A stretch of 63,968 nt of DNA, filler included, from Thraustochytrium aureum (Eukaryota): the NCBI GenBank assembly GCA_012862495.1. It is 9 parts of 6 records of this genome, joined end to end, with 100 filler letters (N's around TTAATTAATTAA, not from the genome) between each part and the next. Parts side by side here need not be neighbours in the genome. Positions count along the whole stretch, not along the records: positions 10,005 to 24,431 come from BLSG01000367.1; positions 24,532 to 36,461 come from BLSG01000367.1; 7 more parts are not named here. One strand, written 5' to 3'. Positions 12,394 to 25,744 of the stretch are shown piece by piece. Each line of letters begins with the position of its first letter. The first letter of the stretch is position 1. The notes beneath the pieces are model-generated. The model searched no databases, was not told where the DNA came from, and saw nothing but the letters and a program-made list of their open reading frames with translations. Made by a program: the position numbers and the translations under genes.

Positions 12394-14006
12394 TCAAAGG
12401 CAGTCCAGGCAGGAGCGCGGCTTGCGGATGAGACCGCTCTCGCCGGCAGCCTCCTTGGCGTGCGCATAAAACTTTTCGAACTCGGGGAGCCAGTGCTTGC
12501 TGATGAGGCGCGGGTCCGCCAGCGCGCTGTCGATGCAAAACGAGGCGGAAAGGTTGCCGTTGTAGGTGAGCAAGCCGACGTAGAAACTGAGCGGCGAGTA
12601 GAGAAGGAAGCGCATGTCGTCAACCTCGGTGCCTGCCACAGTGACGGCGTCCTGCGGGCCAGGGACGTTGGAGACTTGGGCAGTCGCCTTGGCAGCGAGG
12701 TTGAGGAGCTGCGCGTTGAGGGCCTTGAGCGGCATGATGTTAGAGATAACCTTGCCGACCTGGTGCTGAACGACCGGGAGGGGCTGCTCTTGATCTTGTC
12801 GAGCGTGCGCTTTGTGCGCCAAAACGTGGCGGAGGCGTCGCGGTTGCCCGAGACGTGGAACGGCATAAACCCGTACGTGAATTTGTTGCGCGGATTGTCG
12901 TTGCGGAAGGGCCCCTCCGACTTGGAGCGAATGTTGATTGGGAACTGCGCGCGCACCTTGTTGCGAAGCGCCCCTTTGTCGCCCACCTCGCGAAAGTAGG
13001 CGCGGAGCGTGAGCGTGAGCAGCGTGACGAGCACGTCGTTCAGCGTGGCGCCCTCGTACATGTTTTTCAGCTCCTTGACCTTGTCCAGGGGGATCGTCTC
13101 GCTGAACGTGCACCGCTTGGTGGGGCTCGGCTTGTTGACGTCCTTGAGGCGCAGCGTGTTCTTCTTGTCAGGACTGCTGATGACGGAGAAGAAGCCCTCC
13201 CACACGCCGCCCATGAACACCTTGGCCTTGGTGAAGGGGCCAAGTGCGGGGGGCTTGCGCTTCTTGTTGGCGCCGGTCCGCGGCTTTTGTACCTTCTCGC
13301 CCTTGCTTTCCTTGACAGGGTCCAAGAGCCGCATCAGGACCTCCACCTGCGCGATGCCGTCACCCACGATGTGGGAGATGTTTGTGATCAGCACGGCCCG
13401 GCCGTCTTCCAGCTTGGGAATGTAGGTGATCTGCCACAGCGGCTTGTCCATCGGGTGGTTGAACCCGTCGAACATGCTGCCCACGAACTCGTCCACCTCG
13501 TCGAGAGTCGCAGTGCGATCCTGGAACGCCTGGCGAAAGTGGTAGTCCATGTCGATCTCGTCGTCGTCGAGCTCGACAAACTCCATTTTGGCCGGGAACC
13601 GCCGGGCCGTCAGCTTCGACCGAAAACGGGGGATCTGCAGGAGTCGCTTGCCAACCGTCTCGCGCACCGCTTCAAAGCCCGGGTCCGACTTGAAAAAGAG
13701 GAGCCCCACGACCCACGAGCTCTTCGATTGTGCTTCGCGTTGCAGGTTGCCGATCAGCCTCGTAGTAACGCTCGCGCGGTGCTTGACCCTTCGCCCTTTG
13801 CGCTTCGTCTGCTTTGGTGCAACCTTGGGGCTCTTCTCGGCCGGCCCGTCCGCCAATGTTGCCTTGACATCTTCGACCACGGCCTCCTCCTCCTCCTCCT
13901 CCTCTTCTTCTTCTTCTTCTTCGACCTCTTCTTCCACCTCGACGTCTTGCTCCCGCTGGGCCTCGTCCACAACCGCCTCGTCCAAGTGGTTGTTGTTCTC
14001 CGCCAT
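12394..14006 (-). CDS. Bifunctional wax ester synthase / diacylglycerol acyltransferase (WS/DGAT); frameshift at G-run 12780-12783
   Basis: IPRFRS, IDMDYHF, PMDKPLWQ, SHIVGDG, ATLNDV, PINIR, then shifted frame SNVPGP...YNG (WS/DGAT C-terminal domain); acidic N-terminal extension. Confidence 0.92.
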
Positions 14007-15390
14007 TTTTCAACCTGTCACGAAAGCGAGGCTCGCGCGTCCAAGGTCTCTTCGCGGCCTCTCCCGGAGAGCCTGCTGCAGATACTGCTCGCTGCAGATG
14101 CTGCTGCCGCCGCTGCTGCTGCTGTTGTTGGGGACGTCGATGTGGCACTCGAGCGGATGCCACGACGTTGACCTGATCGGTGTCTGCAGGAGAGAGGATT
14201 GTGGCGTTCTGGTTTTGGACCGTCCAAGGGATGGACGGGTTCACTTCGTGACGCGAGTCGCCTCACACTGCAAGGGCAATCCGCCCGCCCACACTCTCCT
14301 TTATTTCTCCAGCTGCTGAGTTGCTGCGTGCTGCGGAGCATTGCAATGCTGGGTCCGGAAATCGAACCCCGACATCATGATCGGCCTGCACGTCAGAAAC
14401 AGTCCGTCGTCGCTTGCATCTCGCGTGCTCAGAGCGCGCAGGCTCGTGCAGGCCTGCTCGTGCCTCGCAGGATGAGAAGCGCTGTTCAGGAACTTGGCTT
14501 GTGTGAGGCTGTGGGCGGCCTCCCCGCAAGCTCGAGGAGGTTGGTTGAGAGGACGGGCTTGGCGACCCTTCCAGTCCCAATCCTGTCAGAGGTGTCATCC
14601 GGCTGAGCTCCACTCGCGCAGCTTGCGCAAGCCAAAGGAGGTCGCACCCAGAACGTCGCACCGAGCCAGTCGAGTTCGAGCGAGGTGTGCACAGTCAGCC
14701 TTCCAGCGCGAGCGACAAGGGTTTCATCTTTTCGCCACGCTCTGCACGAGCCGCCTACTACCTACCGCCGCTTCCCTTTGTGGAGATTGCATCGCAAAAG
14801 GCCATGAGGCACGCGTTGCCAGGTCAGGCTCGCCCGCACGCATCCTCGTGCTGGAGCCTCGTGCTTCCTCGTCGCTTGTGTGAGATCCTTGATCCTTGAT
14901 CGACTTGCCTGCGCACGAGGCCACAAAGTCACCTCTTTCGGCGCAAACAACAAAGCCAAGACGTGCTGCGAGCTGCCGACATTGTCGTGGTCTGCCTTGC
15001 CTGCACCAGTCCGGGAATCCGGCCTGCTTCATCCCAGTGCAGGCGGCAACTGGGAACAATAACTGCTCCATCCGTGCATTTCGGCGCCTCAAGAGGCGCA
15101 ATTGAACGCGCCGATAAGCGCTCAAACGCGCCCCTGCTCCTGTTGTGCACGCACAACGTGGAACAACGTGGAGTTCCTTCGCTCAGCGACGGATTCACAG
15201 AAACGAGCGCACAGCACCTGCGTTCCCGAGAACGACCAGGACTTGGGCGCGCACCCTTGCAACGGCTCTTGCGCCGTGGTGTGCGCTTTGCGCGTTGATG
15301 TGGAGCGCCAATCAGGCAGGCATCGATCGATGGATTGCTTGGTCGAATTGACATTGATTGGCATCGATTGATCGATTGCGGCTCGCGGAG

Positions 15391-17168
15391 ATGGCGCCGC
15401 GGTCGCTGAGGACGGTGTGGGGCGAGCGCCATTGGCGCGGCCTCGAGGCCGTGCTGGCCGAGATCAACGACCTCTTGGCTCGCGGCGAGTTTGACGCCGC
15501 CGAGTGGGCCGAAGTGCGGCGAAAAGACCCGCTCGGAGCGGCCGCTCCGAGGCGCAAGCCGAGGCTGGCGAGAGCAAAGAGTGCGGGCAAGAAGGAGTTT
15601 GTGGACTGGTCGCCTGCCAGCGTGTTTGGAGGCGCTGTCGAGGCTGCCGATGTGCCCGAGCCGAGCTGGGTCCCAGAAGCGCTCGTGCGGCTCGAGCAGC
15701 AGCTTCGAGACGGCAACGATAACCTGACCGCGCTCATGCAAGACCTGTGCGACACGTTTGGAGAGAGCGTCGAGGGATACGCGTCAGAGGTCGAGCTCAT
15801 GGTTGACAAGGTGCGCAGCCTGCTCGAGTCTGACGAGGCCTACCTCGAGGACGAGGCCGAGCGCACGCGACACAAGGCCGTGCGCGGCTACGCGGCCCAA
15901 GCCATGCAGCGCCTGTGGCGCTCCTATAGGTTTCGAATGCGCCTCGAACGCGCACCCGCGCTAAAGGTGCGCTGGGCCGTGAAGATGGTGCAAGCTTTGT
16001 GGAGGGCGAGGCGTGCACGCCGGCGCGCCGCCCACGCAGTGCAGGAAGCGCGCCGCTTTCGCGCCGCACGCGAAATCCAGCGAGCTTTTCGGGTCGTGAG
16101 GCGAGCTCGCTACGATCGAGCTGTGCTTGAAACTCGCCTGGCGCAGGCCAAGAGAATCCTCGAGCGGCGCGCTGCACGGCTCGTCCAGCGTCGCTGGCGA
16201 AGGGCGAGAACGCAAATGGTTCTCCGCGAGCTGTGCCAGAAGCGCGTCGACGAGCTGCGACACTATACGCGCTGTGTTGAGCGGGTCCAAAGAGTGTGGA
16301 AGCGCGAGGTCTTGCGCCGGAGGACCTTGGTACGCGCTGAGGCGCTTCGTGCATGTCTTGCCGCTCGTCGGCTCCAATCGCGCTGGCGGGCGCGTTGCCG
16401 CGAGCGCGAGCGGCGAACGAGTGCAGCGCTAGCAGTGGGGCGTTTCTTGCAATCGCGTTTGCGAAGGGCGATCGCGCGCAGAGAGCGAGAAGCGACCATT
16501 GCGGCGCGGCGCGCGGCGGCCGTTCGCATACAAGCCACGTGGAGGGGCCACCGCGGACGCGTTGCTGCGCGCCGAGTTAGGTCTGCGCTATTTTTGAGAA
16601 AGGAGCGAGCGGCACTTGCGGCGCGACAGCATAGAGCTGCGTGCTTTGCCCAGGCTCTCGTGCGGGGCTTTCTGGCAAGGCGTCTTTGCGCAGCCCTCGC
16701 TATTGCTCGTGCCGAACAAGTCGCCGCCAAGCACGAGGAGCTTCAGCGGCGCGAGGCGGAAGAGCGACAAAGACGCGAGGCCGAGGATTGTGCGAGACGC
16801 GAGGCCGAGGATTGTGCAAGACGCGAGGCCGAGGCTCGCGCAAAACGCGACGCTGACGAACGTGCTAGTCGCGACGCCAACGACCGCGAAACGCAAGAGG
16901 CCGCCCAAGTTGGTGTCCCCGAGTCGGAATTGGAGGCCGGTCCGGAGAGCGCACAGCGCACGGAAGCTGCAGACAAGGCAGATAAGATGCTCTCTAGCGG
17001 GCGCCTCTACGGCAAGAAGGGGTCTGGGCTTGGCGGCGGCCCAGCGGCGAGTGCAGGACTGCCTCCTGTGCGCCGCCAACACGGGCACGGGCTTCGAAAC
17101 CGCCTCAAACCGCAAGCTTTGCGACCCGCTGCCAGCCACGGCCAAGCTGCGCGCGAAAAAGCCCCGGT
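15391..17168 (+). CDS. Multi-IQ-motif (calmodulin-binding) Arg-rich protein; 3' end runs into gap
   Basis: Repeated IQ-like motifs AMQRLWRSY, MVQALWRARRAR, EIQRAFR, LVQRRWR, RIQATWRGHRGR, AQALVRGFLARR; REAEDCAR 24-bp repeats near 16750-16835. Confidence 0.8.
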
Positions 17169-18489
17169 NNNNNNNNNNNNNNNNNNNNNNNNNNNNNNNN
17201 NNNNNNNNNNNNNNNNNNNNNNNNNNNNNNNNNNNNNNNNNNNNNNNNNNNNNNNNNNNNNNNNNNNNNNNNNNNNNNNNNNNNNNNNNNNNNNNNNNNN
17301 NNNNNNNCAACAACGAGCCTGCGACACCGAGGAGCGTAGCAAGCCCGTCGGGCCAAAGCTCAAGTTCGGGCGGGGCTGCGACGAGGTCGCGGCTTTGGGC
17401 TGCGCCTGCTCTGCCCCCGGACTCGTACACGTGGTCTTACAGAAACCAACTCCGGCAGGCGGATGTGCCACAGCCACACGCACCGCGCCTTCCACGAGCC
17501 GCCTCGCCTTCGCCAGGTGCATCTAAGCGAGTTTCGCGTGAGAAGGGCGCCCACAGGCGTGTATCGGAGAGACGCAGCGAGGGCGACATCCTCACACAGC
17601 TCGGCCGCCGCCCTCGGCCTTCGGGTGTCCTCCCGCAAATTTCGTCTCGCCCCTCGCGGTAGGTAGGTAGTCCGGGTGCACCAACCTGCTCGTCAAGTCG
17701 CTCCAGGAGAAGCGCACTGCCTGAGCGAAATGGATCAACAGGAGACTGCTTGCGCTGTTACGTAAAAGGTGCAAACTATGCTCCGCAGAAGAGCACAGCG
17801 GCGCGTACCTGCGCAACGGTCTCCCACAACGAAGCCATCTCAACACGTAGAGTACCAAAGAAAATCTGTGGGTAGAATTGTCCACCAGGACGCCGCAACG
17901 CCACATCGAACGGCTTGCTTGCTGGTGATCCAAAGGCAGAGCGAGACAAAAGCAACCTGCAGCTCTCTCGAGGCGTCCTGAGCCTTGCGCTCACCTTTGC
18001 CCGTGAGCCCATCATCTCGCGAAGGAATGCACCAACACCCGCTCGGGACGTCGGTTCAGGTCGAGCACGCTCCCAGAGGCTCTCTACCCAAGATGCAAGC
18101 ACTGCGCGCGCGAGTAAGCAGTTCATGAATCAAATCACCCAAGAGCTCGCAAGCCCCAGTGCGCCGGCCAGCACGCTCCACGCCGATGTCTGCCAGCCGT
18201 ACAGCTCGGTTGAGAATTCAATCAAACCTCTGTGCGTTGGGCTCGAGATGAATGACTCTACTCCAGTAGAGTACTCTACAGGGTTGACTGCGACAGAAGC
18301 CGCGCGTCGAGCCGTCTCGTTCCCGTTCGCGCAAAGGCGGCAGATCTTTCAATCAATCAATCAAACGAGGGCCTGACTTGCTTGCTCGAACGATCGTGCA
18401 GCGCCGAAAATGCGTTCCGCAGTGCTCGTTGCCTCAGGAACAGAACTTGGTTGGTCGCGGGCGCGCGGCAGCAGCAGACCCAGTACCGC

Positions 18490-18712
18490 TTCAAGCGCGA
18501 GCGTCAAGGCCTGCGTCAGGGCCTGCGTCAAGCGCGAGCGTCAAGGTTTGCGTCAAGGTTTGCGTCAAGCGCCAGCAAGAAGCGCCAGCAAGAAGCGCCA
18601 GCGGCAAGTGCTCGCTTGCATCAAGTCGTGCGCCAGCCCAGTGCGTCAAGGCCTGCGTCAAGCGCCTGCGCCAGTTGAGTGCCTGCGCGTCAAGCGCCAA
18701 GCGTCAAGCGCG
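18490..18712. repeat. Degenerate GCGTCAAG minisatellite just upstream of MTR4
   Basis: About nine exact GCGTCAAG copies plus variants within about 220 bp. Confidence 0.8.
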
Positions 18713-18768
18713 CGAGCACTCGACGCGGGTTGGCGTCGCTGTGCACGAGTTTGGCGCTCGCGGCGGGG

Positions 18769-21700
18769 ATGGACCAGCTGTTTTCGGCGTTTGATGGCGA
18801 CGAGGAGCTCGCGCCCAGCGACCTGATCGCGGCGGACGCAGCACGGCACGGTGAGGACGCCGCAGGGGATGTGGAGGCGGTGAAGAAGCGCGAGGCGCCA
18901 GCTGGCGGGGCAGCCGACGAGGCGGACGGCACCGCCAAAAAGGCACGGATCGAAACAGATGTCGTTGCTGGGGACGCTGTGGCCGACGCCGTCATTGGCA
19001 GCAGCAGCAGCAACAGCAACAACAAAAGTGACGTCAGCATGGATGGTGGGGCCGCAAGGAGGGCGCGGGCGTGAGCGCCTTCCAGCTGTGGCGAAAACGC
19101 CTGCCAAGGAATACCCGTTTGTTTTGGACGGGTTTCAGCGCGAGGCCATCGGCTACCTGGAGCGCAACGAGTCGGTGCTGGTGGCGGCGCACACTTCTGC
19201 AGGCAAGACCGTGGTTGCCGAGTACGCGATCGCAATGGCCCTGCGCGACAAGCAGCGCGTCGTATACACGTCGCCCATCAAGGCTCTGTCCAACCAAAAG
19301 TACCGTGACCTGGTGGAGGAGTTTACCGACGTGGGCCTGATGACGGGCGACGTCACGATCAACCCAAACGCGAGCTGCTTGGTGATGACGACAGAGATTC
19401 TGCGGTCGATGCTCTACAGGGGGTCGGAGGTGCTGCGCGAGGTCGCGTACGCTGTTTTCGACGAGGTACACTACATGCGCGATCGGGAGCGCGGCGTTGT
19501 TTGGGAGGAGGCCATCGTGCTGCTGTAAGTTGTTGCTTTGCACCGCCCTTGGTTGCCCGCAGCGTGCTGCTTTGCTTTGGCCGGTCGCGCTGACGTCGCT
19601 GTGCGCTCCCCGCCCGCCTCGCGAAGCCCGCACAAGGTGCGATACGTGTTCCTCTCGGCGACAATCCCGAACGCGCAGCAGTTTTGCGACTGGATCTCCA
19701 AGGTGCATCACCAGCCGTGCCACGCCGTCTACACCAACTATCGGCCCACGCCCCTTCAGCACTACGTGTACCCGGCGGGAAGCACGGGCGTGTACCTCAT
19801 CGTGGACGAAAAGGGCAAGTTCCACGACGAGACGTTCCAAAAGGCCATGTCCTCGCTCAGCTCCACCGCCCTGGAAGACGACGTCCTCGAGGGCAACGCA
19901 AAGTCGAAGGACGCCCGCAAGCGCATGGCCGCCAAGCGGCGCGACAAGATCGGCGACCTGCTGAGCATCATCCAGATGATCATGCAGCGCAACTACGACC
20001 CAGCCATCGTGTTCAGTTTCTCGAAAAAGGACTGCGAAAAGTACGCGGCGCAGATCGCCAAGCTCTCGTTCAACACGGAGAACGACAAAAACATGGTTAC
20101 GCAGGTGTTCAACAACGCGATCGACTCGCTGAACGACGACGACAAGGAGCTGCCGCAGGTGCGCTCGCTCCTGCCGCTGTTGCAGCGCGGTATCGGCATC
20201 CACCACGGCGGCCTGCTCCCGATCCTCAAGGAGGTGACCGAGATCTTGTTTGGCGAAGGGCTGCTCAAGGTCCTGTTTGCGACCGAGACGTTCGCGATGG
20301 GCATCAACATGCCCGCAAAGACAGTGGTGTTCACAGCGATGCGCAAGTACGACGGCCAGGACTTTCGGTGGGTCTCGCCCGGCGAGTACATCCAGATGAG
20401 CGGCCGCGCAGGACGCCGCGGCCTCGACGACCGGGGCATCGTGATCCAGATGATGGACGAACAGATGGAGGCCCCGCAGGCGAAGGAGATCATGAGCGGG
20501 CAGGCCAACCCGCTGACCTCGACGTTCCATCTGAGCTACAACATGCTGCTCAACTTGATGCGCGTCGAGGACGCAGACCCAGAGTTTATCATCCGCAATT
20601 CGCTGTACACGTTCCAGCAGGAGAGCGCGGTCCCGGAGCTGGAGCGCGAGATCGCGGAGCTCGAAGCGAAGCACGCTGGGATGGTGATCAAGGACGAGGA
20701 CGCGCTCGCGAGCTACAACTACCTCGTCAACCAAGTCTCGCGCGCCGAGGAGGCGATTCGGCGAATCTCGCTCACGCCAGAGCGCATCGTCAACTTTATC
20801 AAGCCAGGCCGCCTTGTGCGCCTCAGCTCGGATTGGGGCTGGACCGTGGTCTCCAAGCTCAACAAGCCGCGCGGCAAGGACTCGAAGGAGCTGCCCGAGA
20901 CGCTGGAGGCAATCGTCGCGTGCAACCCGCTCACTGCGCACACGACCAAAAGTTGCCCTACGTGGCCCCGCCGGCGCCCAAGGGCAAGGGCAGGAAAAAC
21001 GACGCGCGCGAGCTGGACCCCGGGCAGATGCCCCACTATGCTTTGACCAACTTTGCGCTCAGCGACATCGAAGCGATCTCCACGCTGCGTGTCAATATGC
21101 CGAAAGACTTGCGCGCCACCACGTCGCGCGAGTCGGTGCTGCACAGCCTGGACGAAGTGAAGAGCCGCTTTGGAAGCGGCAGCACCATCCCGCTGCTTGA
21201 CCCCGTCGCCGACCTCAAGGTTAACGACCCTTCGCTAGAGGGGCTCGCCGCCAAGCTCAAGTCGTTTCGCGAGCAGCTGGCCGAGCACCCTATCCACGTC
21301 ATGGAGGACAAGGAATTGCGCGCGCGCATGTACAGCGCCTTTACGGAGAAGGCCAACCTGCGGGCAAAGATCAAGTTGATGAAGCGGGAGTTGCGCGAAA
21401 AAAAGTCACTGCCCATGAAGGACCGCCTCAAAGCAATGAAGACTGTGCTGCGGCGGCTCGGGCACGTGGACAAGGACGGTGTGATCCAGCTGAAGGGTCG
21501 TGTCGGGTGCGAGATTTCCACCGCAGACGAGCTCGTGCTCACCGAGCTCCTGCTCGGCGGGGCGTTCAACGACCTCTCGCCGGCGCACGCCGCCGCGCTC
21601 TTGTCCTGCTTTGTCTACACCGAGCCAGGCGAGAGCGATGTCCCCGTTTTTGCAGAGCTTGCTCCGAACTATCGCGTCCTCAACGCGGCTGCCAAGCGGA

Positions 21701-22005
21701 TCGGCGAGGTGCAGAATGAGGCCAACATTCCGATGGACGCGGAGGAGTTTGCGGCCAAGTTTCGGCACGACCTGATGGAGCCTGTCTTCAAGTGGTGCAG
21801 GGGCGCCAAGTTTAGCCAGATTTGCGAGATGACTGAGGTGTTCGAGGGCACGATCATCCGGTGCGTTCGGCGTCTTGTGGAGCTCATGCGGCAGCTGTGC
21901 GTTGCCGCTCGCGTCATTGGCGACGCCTCGCTCGAGTCGATTTTTGCCAAGGGGATCGAGCTCGTCAAGCGCGACATCATCTTTGCGGCCTCCTTGTACC
22001 TGTGA
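18769..22005 (+). CDS. MTR4: Exosome RNA helicase MTR4 (Ski2-like DExH); intron 19525-19626; frameshifts near 19050 and 20950
   Basis: [42 protein letters not shown]-terminal [12 protein letters not shown]. Splicing GTAAGT..CTGAC..AG restores [16 protein letters not shown]. Confidence 0.95.
19525..19626 (+). other. Spliceosomal intron (102 nt) in MTR4
   Basis: GTAAGT donor, CTGAC branch at 19590-19594, AAG acceptor; contains an in-frame stop. Confidence 0.9.
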
Positions 22006-22244
22006 TGGGATGGCTGGCGCTGTACACATTGGCGCCTTCAAATGAGCACTTGCTCCAAACTCTCTGTTGTTGTGCTGACCTACCTTTTTTTCTTCTTCTT
22101 CATTTTGGCTTTGTACATTGTCGCATGCCTTGCTGGCGCGCTGGAGAGTCGAGTGGCTGGGACATACTAACTTCGTGAAGGACCTCGCAAAGTGTCCAAG
22201 GTGTCGTTCAGCACAACGCCAGGGACAAGGGCACGTAGATATCC

Positions 22245-22317
22245 ACTCGCTTCGGTCGTTTCCCGAGGACTCGCTTCGGTCGTGTCCCGTGGACTCGCTT
22301 CGGTGTTTTCCCCGAGG
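22245..22317. repeat. 24-bp tandem repeat running into gap
   Basis: actcgcttcggtcgtttcccgagg and two variants; reads TEASPR(D/E)T on the minus strand. Confidence 0.8.
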
Positions 22318-23086
22318 NNNNNNNNNNNNNNNNNNNNNNNNNNNNNNNNNNNNNNNNNNNNNNNNNNNNNNNNNNNNNNNNNNNNNNNNNNNNNNNNNNN
22401 NNNNNNNNNNNNNNNNNNNNNNNNNNNNNNNNNNNNNNNNNNNNNNNNNNNNNNNNNNNNNNNNNNNNNNNNNNNNNNNNNNNNNNNNNNNNNNNNNNNN
22501 NNNNNNNNNNNNNNNNNNNNNNNNNNNNNNNNNNNNNNNNNNNNNNNNNNNNNNNNNNNNNNNNNNNNNNNNNNNNNNNNNNNNNNNNNNNNNNNNNNNN
22601 NNNNNNNNNNNNNNNNNNNNNNNNNNNNNNNNNNNNNNNNNNNNNNNNNNNNNNNNNNNNNNNNNNNNNNNNNNNNNNNNNNNNNNNNNNNNNNNNNNNN
22701 NNNNNNNNNNNNNNNNNNNNNNNNNNNNNNNNNNNNNNNNNNNNNNNNNNNNNNNNNNNNNNNNNNNNNNNNNNNNNNNNNNNNNNNNNNNNNNNNNNNN
22801 NNNNNNNNNNNNNNNNNNNNNNNNNNNNNNNNNNNNNNNNNNNNNNNNNNNNNNNNNNNNNNNNNNNNNNNNNNNNNNNNNNNNNNNNNNNNNNNNNNNN
22901 NNNNNNNNNNNNNNNNNNNNNNNNNNNNNNNNNNNNNNNNNNNNNNNNNNNNNNNNNNNNNNNNNNNNNNNNNNNNNNNNNNNNNNNNNNNNNNNNNNNN
23001 NNNNNNNNNNNNNNNNNNNNNNNNNNNNNNNNNNNNNNNNNNNNNNNNNNNNNNNNNNNNNNNNNNNNNNNNNNNNNNNNNNNNNN

Positions 23087-23570
23087 CAACGAGGCCGTCC
23101 TGCTTGGCCTGCTCGGCTGTGAAAGCGTGCAAGCCGGCCTCGAGCGGGCCGGTCTGGATGTCGCTCTCGTTCCCGCAGGCGTGGTTGGCGAGCTGAAACA
23201 GTCGCGAAAGCTCTCTTGCGTCTGCTCCAGCCGTGCGCAGCAGCGTGCGCCTCAAGTCGCTGGTCGTTCCGCGCGCGAGCAGCGCGACCGTGTCAACGAA
23301 CGCCTTGGCCTCCACGGCGTCTGCAGCCGTGTCGGCACCAAACATGCGTCCAACGGCCACGCCGTCGCTCTCCGGCAGCCCAAGCACCTGCTTGCAGAGC
23401 TCTGCGCCAGTCACGCGTCCGTCCGCGCAGGCCTTCGCAATCGCCGCGTGCCTCTGCACGAGGGCCTGGACCTCGCCATTCTCCAACAGCGGGTGATCGC
23501 GAGCGGGCGGAGTCGCACTTTCGCCGGCGCCGCCGGCGCCGCCGCCTCTCTTGCTGCTGCTCGTCCCCAT
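23087..23570 (-). CDS. N-terminal part of a likely myristoylated protein (MGxxxS), possibly MEAK7/TLDc-like; remainder in gap
   Basis: MGTSSSK myristoylation consensus, followed by a degenerate EF-hand-like region (AFVDTVALLARGT). Family assignment is tentative. Confidence 0.55.
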
Positions 23571-24351
23571 TGGCGCCGGCGATCGCGCACAGCTGCGCGT
23601 ACGCCTGAACGAACGCCGCCTCAGGCACTCGAGCAGGCAGGCACCGGTGCGGAGTGGAGTCTGCCACGCCTCAATCTGCGCCGTTTTTGGTAGCTGCTGG
23701 GCTGGTCTCCTGGTCGCCCGGTTAGGCTACGGCGGGCGTCAGTTAGGGTTGATTTTTTTTTTTTTCACGGGACGCGGGAGCAGCCCGCATGCGGACGGGC
23801 CGGCCCTCCATCGTCCACAGTGTGAGCTGTGCTCCGTCAACCCAACTCGCGTCGTGCTCTAGAGGCGTCCTAGGCGTCGTGCATGATAGCTACTCGGTCC
23901 GTGGCAAGTTCCAAAAGCCAGACCGCGACGCTGCAGTCGGAAGCGGTTGCGTGAAAGATGAACCTCCAGAGCCACGTCAGGCAGGCCGCGTCCGCATCGG
24001 CTCTGCCTCCCTGGATCCCTGACGCGTTTCAGGAAGGGTGCCTCCCAGCTCGTTCCCTCCCTCCCAGCTGCGAGCGCAACAGCAGCAGGGCTGCTGCCAG
24101 TGGCACTGTCCGGGCCAACGTACTCCAGCAGGCTGCGAGAGGCGCTCCGTCCGCCGCTCGGAAACCGCGCAGAAACGGCTGAGAGAGAGGAAAAGAGGGT
24201 GTGCCAAACTTGAAGGCAAGAGACAGGCTCGGGCGGAGGAGGAAGGGCACAAACAGCTTGACCTCGACGGAGTTCATCACCGAGCCGCGCTCTCGTCATT
24301 CATACCATCAACCTCCCTGCCCGCCGAGACAAATTCGCGAGGACCCAGTCA

Positions 24352-24431
24352 CGCATCAGCCAGCCAGCCAGCCAGCCAGGCACGCAGCCAGCCAGCCAGG
24401 CACGCTGCCAGCCAGCCAGCCAGGCACGCAG
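24352..24431. repeat. (GCCA)n / gccaggcacgca low-complexity repeat at scaffold end
   Basis: Seen directly. Confidence 0.75.
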
Positions 24432-24531
24432 NNNNNNNNNNNNNNNNNNNNNNNNNNNNNNNNNNNNNNNNNNNNTTAATTAATTAANNNNNNNNNNNNN
24501 NNNNNNNNNNNNNNNNNNNNNNNNNNNNNNN
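24432..24531. other. Artificial scaffold linker
   Basis: 44N-TTAATTAATTAA-44N. Confidence 0.97.
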
Positions 24532-24915
24532 AGCGGTGCGAGCTCCGCCCGCCGTTCCTGCCTTGTGTCGTCAAGGGGCCGCCTGCGGTTTCGCGCGTGC
24601 TGACGGCTCCGCCCGCGCCCGTGCCGATTGCTTTCCCCTCGAGCGCGGCCCCGCCGGCGCCGCCGCCCTCGGTGCCGCTGTTCGTGCCGCCGACCGACCC
24701 GCATGACTTTGAGCAGGCCGAGGTGGGCGTCCCGGTCCAATAAACTGTCACTAGCCTTAGTAGAGAGATCGCCGCGCGCGAGTACATAAATCGTTTTGTT
24801 TTCTCGTCCTAGGATCGTTTCAATGGCGGACCCCGGCGAGCGCGATGGCGCCCCTCTGGAGTAGCTAGAGAGCGATCGGATCGCCCACGACGCGCTAGCT
24901 AGAGCGGCTCGCGCG

Positions 24916-25744
24916 CTAGAGCGGATCGCAAACGAGCATGTGCCCGGGCTCGTGCGTGATCGCAAACGGCACTTTCTCGCCGGCCGTCGCCAGCGCGCTC
25001 TGCGGCGTGACGCCACAGCACCAAAACACGGGGACGTCGTCCTCAGAGAGCTCGGGCAGCGCCTGGCCGAAGTCGGGCTTGGATATGTCAGGTATCCCGA
25101 GCGCGGCCGGGTCGCCCCAATGCAGCGGCCCGCCGTGCCCAAAAGAAAAAGGCTCGCAGATCTCGCGCACGCGGTCGATCTCGTGCGCTTTGTAGGGCCG
25201 CATCGACACCACGAGCGGGCCCGAGAAGGAGCCACTCGCGACAGACTCGATGCTCGTGCGATACATGGGCACGTTGCGGCCGAGCTCAGCGTTGCGCGGC
25301 GGGAGCCCTGCGTCCACGAGGGCGGCCTCGAACGAAAACGAGCAGCCGAGCAGAAAGGTGACCAGGTCGTCTCGCCAGACGTCGAGCACATCGGTGCGGG
25401 ACACAGGCTCGGGCTTGCCGTGACGCCACACGAGGTACTTTGGCAGGTCGGTGCGCACGTCGCCGTCAGAGGCGATGGGCGCCAGGCGCGGGTCGCCGGC
25501 CTCGCCCACATGGAGCAAGGGGCAGCTCTTGTAGTTGCGCAGGCAAAAGGTGGTGAAGGCGCCAGCGTCCTCCCGCGGCAGCACGACCAGGTTGGCCTGC
25601 GGCGCCCCGGGGCACTCGCCGCTCGTCGGGCCGCTGTGCGCACCAGACCGCACCCGCGCGCGAAAAGGCCGCGGCGCTTGCCGAGAGCCGCAGCGCTGCC
25701 GACGCTGCCGCAGCGTCGTCGTCAACGGGGCCGCAGCCAGGCCG
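24916..25744 (-). CDS. DUF1445 / D-glutamate cyclase-family putative hydro-lyase (start in gap)
   Basis: PTSG..PG..QANLVVLP, FC.RN...CPLL, DVRTDLPKY, FLLGCSFSFE, NVPMYRT, GPLVVSMRP, HGGP.HWGDP, PVFWCCGVTPQ, ITHEPGHM. Confidence 0.93.
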
